From NCBI GenBank assembly GCA_951406725.2, contig OX597829.1:18724001-18788000 (forward strand): a stretch of 64,000 bases of DNA. The letters run 5' to 3'. A program made the translations under genes and the position numbers. This document shows, in pieces, positions 25,040-37,729 of this stretch. Numbering within the stretch: position 1 is the stretch's first letter; the number at the start of each line of letters is the position of its first letter. The notes under the pieces were generated by a model. The model did not search any database and was not told where the DNA came from. It saw only the letters and a list, made by a program, of their open reading frames with translations. The stretch comes from Octopus vulgaris (taxonomy: Eukaryota).

Positions 25040-25377
25040 TGGTGTTTTAGACTGTATGATGCATGTGCACAAACAGCCATGCTACATGGCAGTGAAACAT
25101 GGACTGTGACTGCTGAGGACATGCATAGGCTTGAAAGAAATGAAGCTAGTATGCTCCACTGGATGTATAATGTCAGTGTGCATACATGACAGAGTGTAAA
25201 GGCCCTGAGAGAAAAGTTGTACATAAGAAGCATCAGATGTGGTGTGCAAGAGAGATGACTGCAATGGTATGGTCATGTGATGTGTATGGATGATGATAGG
25301 TGTGTGAAGAAGTGTCACAGCCTAACAGTGGAGGGAACCTGTGGAAGAGGCAGACCCAAGAAAACATGGGATGAGGT
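25040..25377 (+). mobile_element. RTE ORF C-terminal fragment
   Basis: RLYDACAQTAMLHGSETWTVTAEDMHRLERNEASMLHWM..LQWYGHV..EGTCGRGRPKKTWDE, paralogous to 31020-31340. Confidence 0.9.
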
Positions 25378-25402
25378 ATATAAATATATATATCTATATA
25401 TA

Positions 25403-25550
25403 TATGAGAGGGTACCCAAAAGAAACTGGAATTTTGTAATATTATTTTATTCACTTCATTTTACATGTTTACACTTTTATTGCCTTCAAAGTATTCTCCA
25501 TTTGAAGCAATGCATCGATCCAGACACATTTTCTACTGTTCAAAGCAGTC
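25403..25550 (-). mobile_element. Mariner 3' terminus (second family)
   Basis: Minus strand CFEQ*KMCLDRCIASNGEYFEGNK, the typical mariner C-terminus; TA-tgagagggtacccaaaa end inside (TA)n. Confidence 0.7.
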
Positions 25551-26041
25551 AGAGACCCTCCCATTTTGCCTGAGCATCAATCTAGCACACCTTGTTTGTT
25601 GTTCTCTTACCCGTCTTTGTCTCTTGTTTTGTTTTTGTTTTTGGTAGAATTTTGAACCATATGTCTGTGTATATATCGTCATCATCATCATCATCATCAT
25701 CTTCACCATCATCAACATCTAGTAAGCTGAGGAGCTGCATCTAACTCTAGTCTGATTTGACATGGATCCTACAGCTGGAAGCCCTTCCTAATGTCAATCA
25801 CTATGAGAGTGTAATGGGTGCTTTTATGTGCCACCTGCACAGGTGTCAGTTTGCATGATACCATCAGTTTTCATGACGCCAGTTGCCCAAAACGGTCGTG
25901 ACCTTCTGGTAACTTGACTGAGAAAAGAAGGCCGCGAATGACCCATCTTTTTTTGCTTGTCCTACTAATTGTTGTTTCTCTTGTCCGCCTTTGTATCGGC
26001 TACCTGTCTGAATGCTTTATTGTCTTTTATTGTGTTTTTGT

Positions 26042-26075
<34 letters not shown>

Positions 26076-26586
26076 ACAGAAATATGTTACAAAAAGTAAA
26101 TAGAAACTACACATGGAAATGCAAGGGGAAAGTAAGAAGAAAAATAAGTGAAATGCACATTGGAAATCAAAAAAAGTAAAGGCTTTTTATGAAAAGTAAT
26201 GATAGATATATACAGTTAGATGAACTGAGGTAGGAATAAAAGTAATAAAAGTCATTATTGTGAATTGTTAAAGAGATTCAAAAGCATACCGGTTTCATGA
26301 ATTGACTAACCATTGCTTTGAGATAAATTGTCCGGCGGTTACCATATTTTCTCTCAAATTGGTATAGATGCCTGCTATCCACAACAGTCCAATTACATAG
26401 TACTCAAACTTAAAAGAGATACTGCTACTGGTATTGGTAAGCTTCACTCGTTGGGTAGTTCCTTGTTCCTATTCAGAACTGCAAATATTCCATAGAGTAT
26501 ATAATTGATAAAGAAGAGGAGAGTGGAGATTTATTCACATCCCAAACTTATTTATCAAAAAGCTTTCTACACCATATACAACACTG

Positions 26587-26668
26587 ACCTACATATGTTT
26601 CGACTGCAGTGACTGCACATTGCTCTGTATGCAAGTATGCATCCTTGTCGCTGCAGTTTCATCAAGGC
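26587..26668 (-). ncRNA. Degenerate type-I hammerhead (Penelope-like remnant ~26075-26700)
   Basis: Minus strand: gcc-UUGAUGA-aacugcagcgac...gucacugcaguc-GAAA-cauaug-UA-ggu; C3>U and 10.1 mismatch. Confidence 0.55.
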
Positions 26669-27132
26669 TCCATCACTCATGACACTTTCAAAGTGAACTA
26701 ATTCAAACAAATGTCTTGTGTTGGTGTTCAGTTGAAGATGGTAGCATTACTTTTTAAATCCAATGGAATTCTCGTCTTATAATCACATCTACTGCTATTA
26801 CAGTTGAAACATGCTTTTAAAATGTTTATTCAGATTTCAATTAATTGTAGCAGTTTTGTTTACATTTTGTTGTATAGAGTACATTATTTATTCAGAGGTT
26901 TTTCACTTATTTTGGGTTTATATTCTCAATTATTATTTTTATTATTATTGTTGTTGTTGTTTTTGTTCTTAGTACTATTTGTGTAAATATCATTAATTAT
27001 TACAATCATTATTGTAACTAACATAGTTACTATAGATGGTGAGTTGTGTTTATTTAAGTTGTTTAAATGTATTTTTTCTCAAGTGTGGACATCTTAGAGC
27101 CTATTCCTATCTTGTGTTATTATATATGGAAA

Positions 27133-27525
27133 CTAGCAGTATCGCCCGGCGTTGCTCAGGTTTGTAAGGGAAATAACTATAAAGCATTTTTAGAGAGTTA
27201 TAGCCAAAAAATAGCAAAAAATGCATTAAAAATGGAAAAAAAATTATGGTAAATTTTTTTTTAAATCGTGGACTCATCGTAGACATTTTTAGAGAGTTAC
27301 TTCCCTTATATAATAGCGAAAAAATGCATTAAAATGGAAAAAAATGATGGTAAATTTTTTTTTAAATCGTAGACTCATCGTAGACACGCGCTAATACCCA
27401 GAAGGGCTCGATATGAATCACGAGTATAAGATACCTGGTTTTGGTTAAACTGCACCGCAAAATGTGGGAGTAGTTAGGAATCTAAATCGTAGGAGACAGA
27501 CACACAACTTGACTTTTATATATGG
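27133..27525 (-). mobile_element. Non-autonomous Helitron
   Basis: 3' end cctgagcaacgccgggcgatactgCTAG|T on minus strand; 5' atatataaaag; 3' ~120 bp shared with 57145-57525. Confidence 0.8.
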
Positions 27526-28581
27526 AAATGTGCCTCTGTTTGTTCAATATGTATTTCGGTTGTTTGATTTATTACTAAAGTGCTTATTCATTGCATCAGC
27601 ATATAAGTGGCTGTGTATTCCTCACATGTGCATGATTGTGTGTGTGTGTTACTGCTGGAGTATGTTGGCATCAGTTAAAAAAAAAAAACGAAAAGAAAAA
27701 AACAAGAAGTTGATTCTTTTTGTAAAGAGTCCCTTGGAATATTTGTTCTGTACTGTTTGGGACACTTCTTTGTCACTTTCATCGTTTAAATGCTGTGAAC
27801 TTAATTAAATTGGTCCAAAACTATTGTTCACCAGTTATGATGTAAAATAAAATAAAAATTTTAAGAAAAACAATGATTTCTCATTTGATGCTGTTGTTGT
27901 GTTGTAGTAATAGTAGTAATGGTGGTGGTTGTGGTGGTGGCAGCAGCAACAGTAGTAGTTGCAGTTGTAGTAGTAGTAGTAGTAGTATTGGTAACAGTAG
28001 TTTTAACCCTGGATTGTTCCTGATTGATCAAATCTATGTTTCAAAAGAAAGAAAAAAAAAAGAAAAAGACTTTCTAACCATGGTTGTCCCATTTGATCTT
28101 GGGATCTTTATACTTTGACATGATGTATCTAGGAGTACATTACCAAATGTGCATGCTGAGGAGGACAAGGAGACAGAGGAAGAAGAAGAAGAAGAAGAAG
28201 AAGGAGGAGAGAAAGCAGAAGAACAGGAAGCAGAAGAACAGGAGGTAGAGGAAGGAGATGAAGACAGGGCGGACAAGGAAGAAAAAGAAGAAGAGGAAGC
28301 AGAAGCTGAGGTGGAAGAGGCAGATGAAGTGGTAGAGGAGGAGGAAGGAGGTGAGAGAGAGAGATAAGAAGAGGAAGAAGGAAGGAGAAGAAGGTGAAGA
28401 AGAAGAAGAAGAGCATTGAAAAAAAAGAAAAGAAAAGGGACAAAGAATGATAAGAATAGCAGACAAAGGAAGGAAACATGACCAAATCTCTTGTGATTCT
28501 GAAATCTCTGACCAGCCAGATTTTAATAATAATCTCTCACAACCCTTCCCTCCTCCCTTCCTCCCTCCCTTCCTCCCTCTC

Positions 28582-28615
<34 letters not shown>

Positions 28616-28758
28616 GTCTCCATCAATCTTGCCGACACCTTCACCCTCATCCCCAACAGACCTGTTATTATGACCTTTGATATTTTATGATCTTTACCAT
28701 GTGACCTTTCATATAGACAGCTTCCTACATCTTATATATCATTTCCATTTCTTGCAGG

Positions 28759-28759
<1 letters not shown>

Positions 28760-28801
<42 letters not shown>

Positions 28802-28813
28802 TTTTTATTATTA

Positions 28814-28867
<54 letters not shown>

Positions 28868-29018
28868 CATCATCAGTGTTATTATTGTTGTTGTTTTTAT
28901 TATTGTTGTTGTTTTTATTATTATTATTATTATTATCATTATTATTGTTATTATTACTATTACTCTTATTATTATTATTATTATTATTATTATTTTTATT
29001 TTTATTTTTAACATCATC

Positions 29019-29077
<59 letters not shown>

Positions 29078-29080
29078 TAC

Positions 29081-29143
<63 letters not shown>

Positions 29144-29205
29144 CATTATTATTATTTTTATTTTTATTTTTAAGATTATCATCATTATCATTATTATTAT
29201 TATCA

Positions 29206-29238
<33 letters not shown>
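28760..29238. repeat. ~480-bp (ATT)n microsatellite
   Basis: Directly visible. Confidence 0.95.
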
Positions 29239-29240
<2 letters not shown>

Positions 29241-29525
29241 TCTTTATATTTTTCAAAAATCTTTGATTGATGTCAATCCCAACAACCAGCTTCGTCTCTC
29301 TTCCTGGCTCCCTCCACTTTATAGAGTATATATATGGATACGTGTATTTGCGTGTGTGTGTGTGTATGTATATATATGTATGTGTGTGTGTGCGTGCATT
29401 TGTGTGTATTAGCTTGTGTCCGTTTACGTGGCTGTTGTTAAGTAGTAAGTGTGTATGCATGCTTATACATACACGTGTTAATATATTTGCATGTTTGTGT
29501 GTGTGTGTGTGTGCGTGTGTGTGTG

Positions 29526-29572
<47 letters not shown>

Positions 29573-29737
29573 GTGTGTGTGTGTGTGTGATTGCTGCATG
29601 TGACTATATCAGGTATATTTGTATAGACATGCAATATGATGTGTGTATAAGAATGTATATATTCATGCATATCCTTGTATATGTTTATACTCATGCCTTT
29701 TGGATGTGCTTGTGTAATGCAGTAGGTCTCTCTCTCT

Positions 29738-30151
29738 ACTCTTTTACTCTTTTACTTGTTTCAGTCATTTGACTGCGGCCAAGCTGGAGCACCGCCTTTA
29801 GGCGAGCAAATCGACTCCGGGACTTATTCTTTGGAAGCCCAGTACTTATTCTATCGATCTCTTTTGCCGAACCGCTAAATGACGGGGACGTAAACACACC
29901 AGCATCGGTTGTCAAGCAATGCTAGGGGGACAAACACACACACACAAACACACACACATACACATATATACATATATATACATATATACAGCAGGCTTCT
30001 TTCAGTTTCCGTCTACCAAATCCACTCACAAGGCATTGGTCGGCCCGGGGCTATAGCAGAAGACACTTGCCCAAGATGCCACGCAGTGGGACTGAACCCG
30101 GAACCATGTGGTTGGTTAGCAAGCTACTTACCACACAGCCACTCCTGCGCC
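29738..30151 (-). mobile_element. SINE family A, full length, young
   Basis: CpG-rich, little decay. Confidence 0.9.
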
Positions 30152-30359
30152 TATGTTTTTTTTCTTTTTTGCATGAAGGGGTGGCATGTGTGTGTGTGGA
30201 GTAGAAGAAAGGCATGTACCTTGTCACATATATGCATGTGTCTGCATGTGTATATGTGTGTATTAATATATATGTGTGTGTGTGTGAGCGTCAAATAATA
30301 CTTTAATTGTTCCACGTCCTCGCATTGGTGTGTTTTTTTCTGTGTTTTCTTGTTTGTAT

Positions 30360-30400
<41 letters not shown>

Positions 30401-30910
30401 TCATCATCATCATCATCATCATCATCGTTTAACGTCCGTTCTCCATGCTAGCATGGGTTGGACGGTTCGACCGGGGATTTGGGAAGCCAGAAGGCTACAC
30501 CAGGCTCTGGTCTTATCTGGCAATGTTTCTACAGCTGGATGCCCTTCCTAACGCCAACCACTCTGTGAGTGTAGTGGGTGCTTTTTACGTGCCACCTGCA
30601 CAGGTGCCAGGCGAGGCTGGCAACGGCCACGATCAGATTGGTGCAATTTACGTGCCACCAGCACGGAAGCCAGTCGAGGCGGCGCTGGCATCGGCCACGA
30701 GTCGGATAGTGCTTTTTATGTACCACCAGACCAGGGGTCCTGGCTGGTTCAATTCGATTTCGATTTCGATTTCGCTTGCCCCAACATGTCTTCACAAGCA
30801 AAGGGGGTTGGCATGGGTGCCTGTCGTCGGATGGGGTTCTATATCGACTTCGCTTGCCTCAACAGGTCTTTGTATCCAAGGGAGGAAAGGCATGCATAAG
30901 TGGGCTGGGC

Positions 30911-31186
30911 TCACTTGTCCTGCCTGGTCTTCTCACGTACAGCATATTTCCAAAGGTCTCGGTCGCTGGTCATTTCCTCAGTGAGGCCTAAAGTTCGAAG
31001 GTCGTGCTTCACCACCTCGTCCCAGGTTTTCCTGGGTCTACCTCTTCCACGGGTTCCCTCAACTGCTAGGGATTGGCACTTTCTCACACACCTATCTTCA
31101 TCCATTCTCGCCACATGACCATACCAGCGCAATCGTCTTTCTTGCACACCACAACTGATGCCTCTTAGGTACAACATTTCTCTCAA
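30911..31186 (-). pseudogene. RTE ORF C-terminal segment (after frameshift)
   Basis: RRLRWYGHVARMDEDRCVRKC..EGTRGRGRPRKTWDEVV. Confidence 0.85.
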
Positions 31187-32955
31187 GGTACTAACCTCTG
31201 TCGAGTATGTACACTGACATTACACATCCATCGGAGCATACTGGCTTCACTCCTCACGAGCTTACGCATGTCCTCAGCAGTCACGGCCCATGTTGCACTG
31301 CCATGTAGCATGGCTGTTCGTACACATGCATCATACAGTCTGCCTTTTACACTGAGCGAGAGGCCTTTAGTCACCAGCAGAGGTAAGAGCTCCCTAAACT
31401 TTGCCCAGGCTATTCTTATTCTAGCAGTTACACTTTCAGCGCACCCACCCCCACTACTGACTTGGTCACCCAGATAATGGAAGCTATCAACTACTTCTAG
31501 TTTTTTCCCCTGGAAAGTGACGGAAGTTGTTTTCTGCAGATTTTCGGAGGTTAATGCTCCCAAGCATCTGCCACATACAAAAACTATCTTCCCAGTTAGC
31601 CTACCTTTGACATTGCTGCACCTCTTATGTGTCCATAGCTTACACTGGGTACATCTTATAGAGATTCTACCTACACCTTTTCTACAGATCGAGCAGGGCC
31701 ATCTTCCTGAAGACATTTGTGGATTGTCTACCTTCCTACTTATTAGTACTTTGGTTTTAGCTAGGTTGACTCTAAGGCCCCTTGATTCTAAACCCTCCTT
31801 CCACACCTGGAACTTCTCCTCCAGTTCTGATAGTGACTCAGCAATTAGAGCAAGGTCGTCAGCATAGAGGAGCTCCCAGGGGCAACCTGTCTTGAATTCC
31901 TCCGTAATTGCCTGGAGGACTATGATAAATAGGAGGGGGCTGAGTACTGAACCCTGGTGGACACCAGCCTCTACTTTGAATTCTTCTGTGTACATGTTGC
32001 CAACCCTAACCTTACTTACGGCATCTCTGTACATGGCTTGCACAGCCCTCACCAGCCATTCATCTATCCCTAGTTTCCTCATTGACCACCAGATGAGGGA
32101 TCGGGGGAACCTATCAAAGGCTTTCTCCATGTCAACGAAAGCCAGGTACAGGGGCTTATCTTTGGCTAGGTATTTCTCCTGCAGCTGCCTTACCAGGAAT
32201 ATAGCATCAGTGGTGCTTTTCCCTGGCACGAACCCAAACTGCATCTCATCTAAACTAACTCTCTCTCTAATTAGTTGGGCTATGACCCTCTCCGTAACCT
32301 TCATTACCTGATCCAACAGCTTGATACCTCTGTAATTATTTGTATCTAGGGCATCACCTTTACCTTTGTAGCAGTTGACTAGTATGCTGCTACACCAGTC
32401 ATTGGGTATGACTCCTTCGTGTATCACCTGGTTGACTATACGGGTGACTAGGTTATAGCCAACACTGCCAGATATTTTGAGCATCTCTGCAGTAATTCCT
32501 GATGGGCCTGGGGCTTTCCCTGTTTTCATGCTTCTAATTGCTTTAACTACCAAAGAATTTTCAACTCGGATGGCTGGTCCCTCTGTTGGGTTGACATTCA
32601 GCAGACTCTCTTTATCCCATTCATTTTCTTTATTCAGCCACCTTTCATAGTGGCATCTCCAAACCTCTCTCTTTGCATCCTCATTTAGCGCAAGTGAACC
32701 ATCATCCATGCGAACACACTTCTCTCCTACCACATCACAATTCTCTCTCACACACTGTCTTGCAACACGAAATACCTCAAGTCTTTCATCCTCACAGCTC
32801 AGAACATTGGCAAATTTTTTCTTATCCGCTTCCCCTCTGGCTAAATAAACCTGTCTCCTAGCTTCCCTTCTGGCTGTCTGATACAATTCCCTGCTACCAC
32901 CGTTCTTCCAGTCCTTCCAAGCCTGTCTCTTTTGTCTAATAGCCCTGTCAACCAC
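31183..32955 (-). CDS. RTE reverse transcriptase ORF segment (590 aa, part of a disrupted ORF)
   Basis: KAPGPSG, NYRGIKLL, QFGFVPGKSTTDAIF, FVDMEKAFD, GVHQGSVLSPLLF, LLYADDLAL, YLG motifs; Cys-rich insert CSIC..C..C..H..C..C..C. Confidence 0.92.
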   Translation of the reverse strand: MVDRAIRQKRQAWKDWKNGGSRELYQTARREARRQVYLARGEADKKKFANVLSCEDERLEVFRVARQCVRENCDVVGEKCVRMDDGSLALNEDAKREVWRCHYERWLNKENEWDKESLLNVNPTEGPAIRVENSLVVKAIRSMKTGKAPGPSGITAEMLKISGSVGYNLVTRIVNQVIHEGVIPNDWCSSILVNCYKGKGDALDTNNYRGIKLLDQVMKVTERVIAQLIRERVSLDEMQFGFVPGKSTTDAIFLVRQLQEKYLAKDKPLYLAFVDMEKAFDRFPRSLIWWSMRKLGIDEWLVRAVQAMYRDAVSKVRVGNMYTEEFKVEAGVHQGSVLSPLLFIIVLQAITEEFKTGCPWELLYADDLALIAESLSELEEKFQVWKEGLESRGLRVNLAKTKVLISRKVDNPQMSSGRWPCSICRKGVGRISIRCTQCKLWTHKRCSNVKGRLTGKIVFVCGRCLGALTSENLQKTTSVTFQGKKLEVVDSFHYLGDQVSSGGGCAESVTARIRIAWAKFRELLPLLVTKGLSLSVKGRLYDACVRTAMLHGSATWAVTAEDMRKLVRSEASMLRWMCNVSVHTRQRLVP

Positions 32956-33195
32956 AGTGTTCCACCACGACGTTATTTTGGGTCAAGAGAGGACTTTGCA
33001 CCATCCACAGATCTGGTCAGTGGCTGTCAGCAGATTGTCCCATAGAAATCTCCAGTTGTCTTCCACATTAAGTGAAGCTATATCCCCTTCTATTTCGTCA
33101 AAGGCTTCGAGTAGTATGTCTCTAAATCTCTGTCCATTTGCAGGATCTTTAAGCTTCCAGACCCTTCTCCTCCAAGCTGGTCTTCTTCTGGGCAA

Positions 33196-33864
33196 TCATT
33201 TAGCTCTGATCCTGAAGTCACTAACTACTAATCTATGTTGAGGAGTACATTCTTCGCCTGGAAAGGTTTTGGCATTTATAAGCAGCCCTCTTTCCCTTTT
33301 TCTGGCAAGGATGTAGTCAATCTGGCTAGTGTGTCTGCTAGAACGGTAGGTGACTAGGTGAGAGGTGGGTTTCCTGAAGTTGGTATTGCAGACCATAAGG
33401 TCATTTGCATCGCAGAACTCCAGCAGCCTGGTTCCCTCCTCATTATGAGAGCCAAAACCGTAGCCTCCATGAACGCCATGGAAGCCCCCGACATGCCGTC
33501 CAACATGTCCATTGAAATCACCTGCCACGAAGAGAAGGTCACTGTCATTTGTCAACGAGGTAGTCTGCAATAGGGTGTCATAGAATTGGTCTTTTTGTCC
33601 TTCCGGTAGCCCTGGTTGAGGGGCATATGCCGAGATGATGGTAGCTGACCTATGGTGAAGGACTAATCTAATTTTAATTACTCTGTCACTTACTCTGACT
33701 ACCTCGATTACCTTATCTACCCATTTCTCCGCAAGAAGTATACCCACACCCCCGACCCCGTCAGTGTTCCCTGCCCAGAAAATCTTGTACCTGTGTTCCT
33801 TGCCTGTGAGGAGCCTAGCAGAACCTCCTCTCCATCTTACTTCCTGGATGCAGCATAAATCCAC
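33196..33864 (-). CDS. RTE apurinic-like (APE) endonuclease segment
   Basis: CIQEVRW, GVGILL, SAYAPQ, AGDFNGHVG, SQIDYIL, QHRLV motifs. Confidence 0.9.
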   Translation of the reverse strand: MDLCCIQEVRWRGGSARLLTGKEHRYKIFWAGNTDGVGGVGILLAEKWVDKVIEVVRVSDRVIKIRLVLHHRSATIISAYAPQPGLPEGQKDQFYDTLLQTTSLTNDSDLLFVAGDFNGHVGRHVGGFHGVHGGYGFGSHNEEGTRLLEFCDANDLMVCNTNFRKPTSHLVTYRSSRHTSQIDYILARKRERGLLINAKTFPGEECTPQHRLVVSDFRIRAK

Positions 33865-33982
33865 ACGTCTCCATTCAAGCAGCTCTACAATCTCTTTATA
33901 TATATATATATGAACAGGTATGTATATGCATGTGCATATATATATGTATGTATATGACTATATATGTGCGTATTTCTTTAAC

Positions 33983-34394
33983 TTTCTTTTACTTGTTTCA
34001 GTCATTTGACTGAGGCCATGCTCGAGCACCACCTTTAGTCGAGCAAATCAACCCCAGGACTCATTCTTTGTAAGCCTAGTACTTATTCTGTCGGTCTCTT
34101 TTGCTGAACCGCTAAGTGACAGGGATGTAAACACACCAGCATCGGTTGTGAAGCGGTGTTAGGGGGACAAACAAACAATACACACACATACACACACACA
34201 CACACACACATATACAGTATATACATATATATACATGACGGGCTTCTTTCAGTTTCCGTCTACCAAGTCCACTCACAAGGCTTTGGTCAGCCCGAGGCTA
34301 TAGTAGAAGACACTTACCCAAGGTGCCATGCAGTGGGACTGAACCCAGAACTATGTGGTTTGTAAGCAAGCTACTTACCACACAGCCACTCCTG
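33983..34394 (-). mobile_element. SINE family A, full length
   Basis: Family similarity. Confidence 0.85.
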
Positions 34395-34423
34395 TATATT
34401 TTATATATAATAGTTACTTATAT

Positions 34424-34460
<37 letters not shown>

Positions 34461-34549
34461 TTCCATGTGTGTATGTGTGCATGTCTTTGTAAGTGTATGC
34501 ACTACATATTTTTTAAAACTCTTCATGTCACATTCTTTCCATCATCGTT

Positions 34550-35745
34550 CTCTCATTCATTCACTTATTCGCTCATTCATATATTCATTCATTCATTTGT
34601 TCATTTACTCATTCACTCTCATTCATTTGCTCATTCATTCATTCATACACTCATTCACTCTGTCATTCATTTACTTTTTCTTTCATTTAGTCACTTATTC
34701 ACCCATGTATTCACTCATCTTTCCTCATTCATTCATTCATTCATACACTCGCTCTTTTCTTCATTTACTTGCGCTTTTATTTCCACATTCAATCAGTCAA
34801 TGACTTACTTATTCATTCATTCATTTTCTCATTTATGTATTAACTCCTTCATTCACTCACTCATTTAGTTACTTATTCACTCATTCATCCTCTCTTGTTT
34901 TCTCTCTCTATTAATCAGTTGATTAATTCATTCATTTACTCATTCATTCAGTTACTTATTTACTCATTCACTTTCATATTCACTCATTCACTTTCTTATT
35001 CGCTCATTCACTCATATTAACTCATTCATTTGCTCATTTACTTATTCATTCATTCACTCAATCACTCATTAATTCATTCACTTACTTGGCTTATTCATTT
35101 GCTCATTTACTCATTCATTCATTCACTCATTCACTCATTCATTCATATTAACTCATTCATTTACTTGGCTTATTCATTTGCTCATTTACTCATTCATTCA
35201 TTTACTTATTCACTCATTCACTCTCCTATTCACTCATTCACTCATATTAACTCATTCACTTACTTGACTTATTCATTTGCTCATTTACTCATTCCTTCAA
35301 TCATGCATTCATTCATTTACTTATTCACTCATTCACTCATATTAACTCATTTACTTACTTGGCTTATTTATATGCTCATTCATTCATTCATTCATTCATT
35401 CATTTACTTATTCATTCATTCACTCTCTTTTTCACTCATTCACTCATATTAACTCATTCACTTACTTGGCTTATTCATTTGCTCATTTACTCATTCCTTC
35501 AATCATGCATTCATTCATTTACTTATTCACTCATTCACTCTTTTTCACTCATTCACTCTCTTTTTCACTCATTCACTCATATTAACTCATTCACTTACTT
35601 GGCTTAGTCATTTGCTCATTCACTCATTCATTCATTCATTCATTTACTTACCTATTCACTCATTCTCTTATTCACTCATATTTCATATTCCTTCATTTAT
35701 TATTATTTCTTTCACTCGTTCATTTAGTCACCTATTCATTTATTC
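34550..35745. repeat. (ATTC/ACTC)-based complex satellite with higher-order units
   Basis: Recurring catattaactcattcacttacttggcttattcatttgctcatttactcattc. Confidence 0.9.
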
Positions 35746-35843
35746 ATTCCGTGATTATTTCTCATGTGAGATGTAGATTGAATCTCAACACTGAAGCCCA
35801 TTAAACTAGTTATGTCAGTTTTCATCTGGTTCTCTGTCATGTC

Positions 35844-35891
<48 letters not shown>

Positions 35892-36444
35892 TTCTTAACT
35901 CCCACCATCACCACCACCACCATTCCATCCTTCTTATTTACCAAGCTCTGCTGCTGCTGCTGCATCCATTAAGAGTTAGAGCAAGCAGATGTTTCAGAGA
36001 TTTAGTAAAACAAGTAGGATCCAAGGAAATTAGTGAGATTGTACTTACGTTAGCAAAGAGTAAAAAAAGAAAAAGAAAAGAAAGAGGAAGAAGAAAAAAG
36101 AAAAAGGAAAGAAAGAAGAAATAGAAAGAGAAAAAAAAAAAGTCGTGCAAATAATTCAAACATTGGAATAAATTATTTTTGCCATGAGGAAAGAGATATT
36201 TAATGTTTCGGGGTGAGGTACAACACATTTTCCGGAGGTTGAGGGGTGGGGAAAACAGAGAGAGAGAGAGAGGGAGAGAAAGAGAAGGAGAAAGAGAGAG
36301 ATATCTGGGAAATGAGTAAGACAGGTTCTTATCATTGCTAGGCTGCTAGAAAGAAAATAAAAAGGAAGAAAAAAATCATGAATGAGAAAATAAGAGAAGG
36401 ATTGAAATGATGTCAATGGTGAGGGAGGGGGGAGGAGGATGGAT

Positions 36445-36482
<38 letters not shown>

Positions 36483-36954
36483 ATGTCTGTTTGTGTGTAT
36501 GTGTGGAGTAGCCGTGGAAAAAGAGGAAGAAAGAAAGCCAGTGACTGAGAGTAATGTGGGGGAGGTGCCGGGTGGTGGGTGGGAGGAATGTTAGGACTAG
36601 TGTGAAAGATGTGCAAAATGAGAGGAAGTAAAGTGCTTGGTGGTGGCGGCGGCGGCGGAGGCGGCATTAGTTGTGATAGTGTTGTGGTGGAAGTGATGGT
36701 GGTGGTGGTGGTGGTTGTGGTCATCGAAGTGGTGGTGGTGGTGGTGATGGTGGAGTGAGAGCAACCAGGTGGTCCAGAGTATCTGCAAGCTACAAGTCAA
36801 TTGAACTGCCCAGGACCCAGATGCTCTGTGTAAAGTTGGGAGATAAGATAGAAAGAACAAGGGGGCAAGCAAGGAGAAAGGAAGCAGCGATTGGACAAAG
36901 GGACAACACCTATATTACCTGTAACTGTTTCTAATATTTCCACAAAGCCTAACG

Positions 36955-37150
36955 CAGGGAGCTGGTAGAATTGTTACCATTCTGAGTAAAATGCTTAGCG
37001 GCATGTCACCGTCTTTTTGTTCTGGGTTCAAATGTCATTGGGGTTGACTGTTTGGGATCCATAAACTAAGACCCAGTTCAGAACCGGGGTCAATGTAATT
37101 GACTTAGCCCACTTCCTTGAAATTGCTGGCTTTATGCCAAAATTTGAAAC

Positions 37151-37198
<48 letters not shown>

Positions 37199-37695
37199 CA
37201 TCATCAAGGTGGCAAGCTGGCAGAATCATTAGCACACTGGGCAAAATGTTTAGTGGCATTTCATCATTGGCAGTGTGGCATGAAGCTTGCTTCCCAACCA
37301 CATGGTTATGGGTTCAGTACCACTGCACTGCACCCTGGGCCAATGTCTTCTACTATAGCTTTGGGTTGACCAAAGCCTTGCGAGTGGATTTGGTAGACGG
37401 AAACTGAAAGAAGCCTATCGTATCTGTGTGTGTGTCTGTATTTATGTGTGTAAGTGTGTCTTTGTATCTGTGTTTACCCCCCACCCCCCACCACCACCAT
37501 CATCACTTAACAACCCATGCTGATGTGTTTATGTCCCTGCAACTTAGCAGTTCAGCAACAGAGACTGACAGAATATGTACTAGGCTTACAAAGAATAAGT
37601 CCTGGGGTCAATTTCATTGGTTATAACCCTTTAAGGTGGTGCTCCAGCATGGCTGCAGTCAAATGACTGAAACAAGTAAAAGAATAAAAGAGTAA
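36955..37695 (+). mobile_element. SINE family B copy, then a family B head fused to a family A body
   Basis: 36955-37148 family B; 37207-37265 family B head; 37268-37695 family A. Confidence 0.7.
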
Positions 37696-37729
37696 ATAAG
37701 AATCACATTTCACAGAGTAATCAGAATGC

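Larger units (their letters stand above)
30399..33894 (-). mobile_element. Near full-length, 5'-truncated RTE-clade LINE
   Basis: Colinear APE, linker, RT and C-terminal ORF pieces, ~500-bp 3' UTR, (GAT)n tail; (TA)n on both sides. Confidence 0.95.

Noticed and set aside
28149-28367. Glu-rich 72-aa ORF (Ser-rich on the opposite strand)
   Set aside because: Decayed (GAA/GAG)n with no clear exon boundaries; cannot be excluded without RNA data
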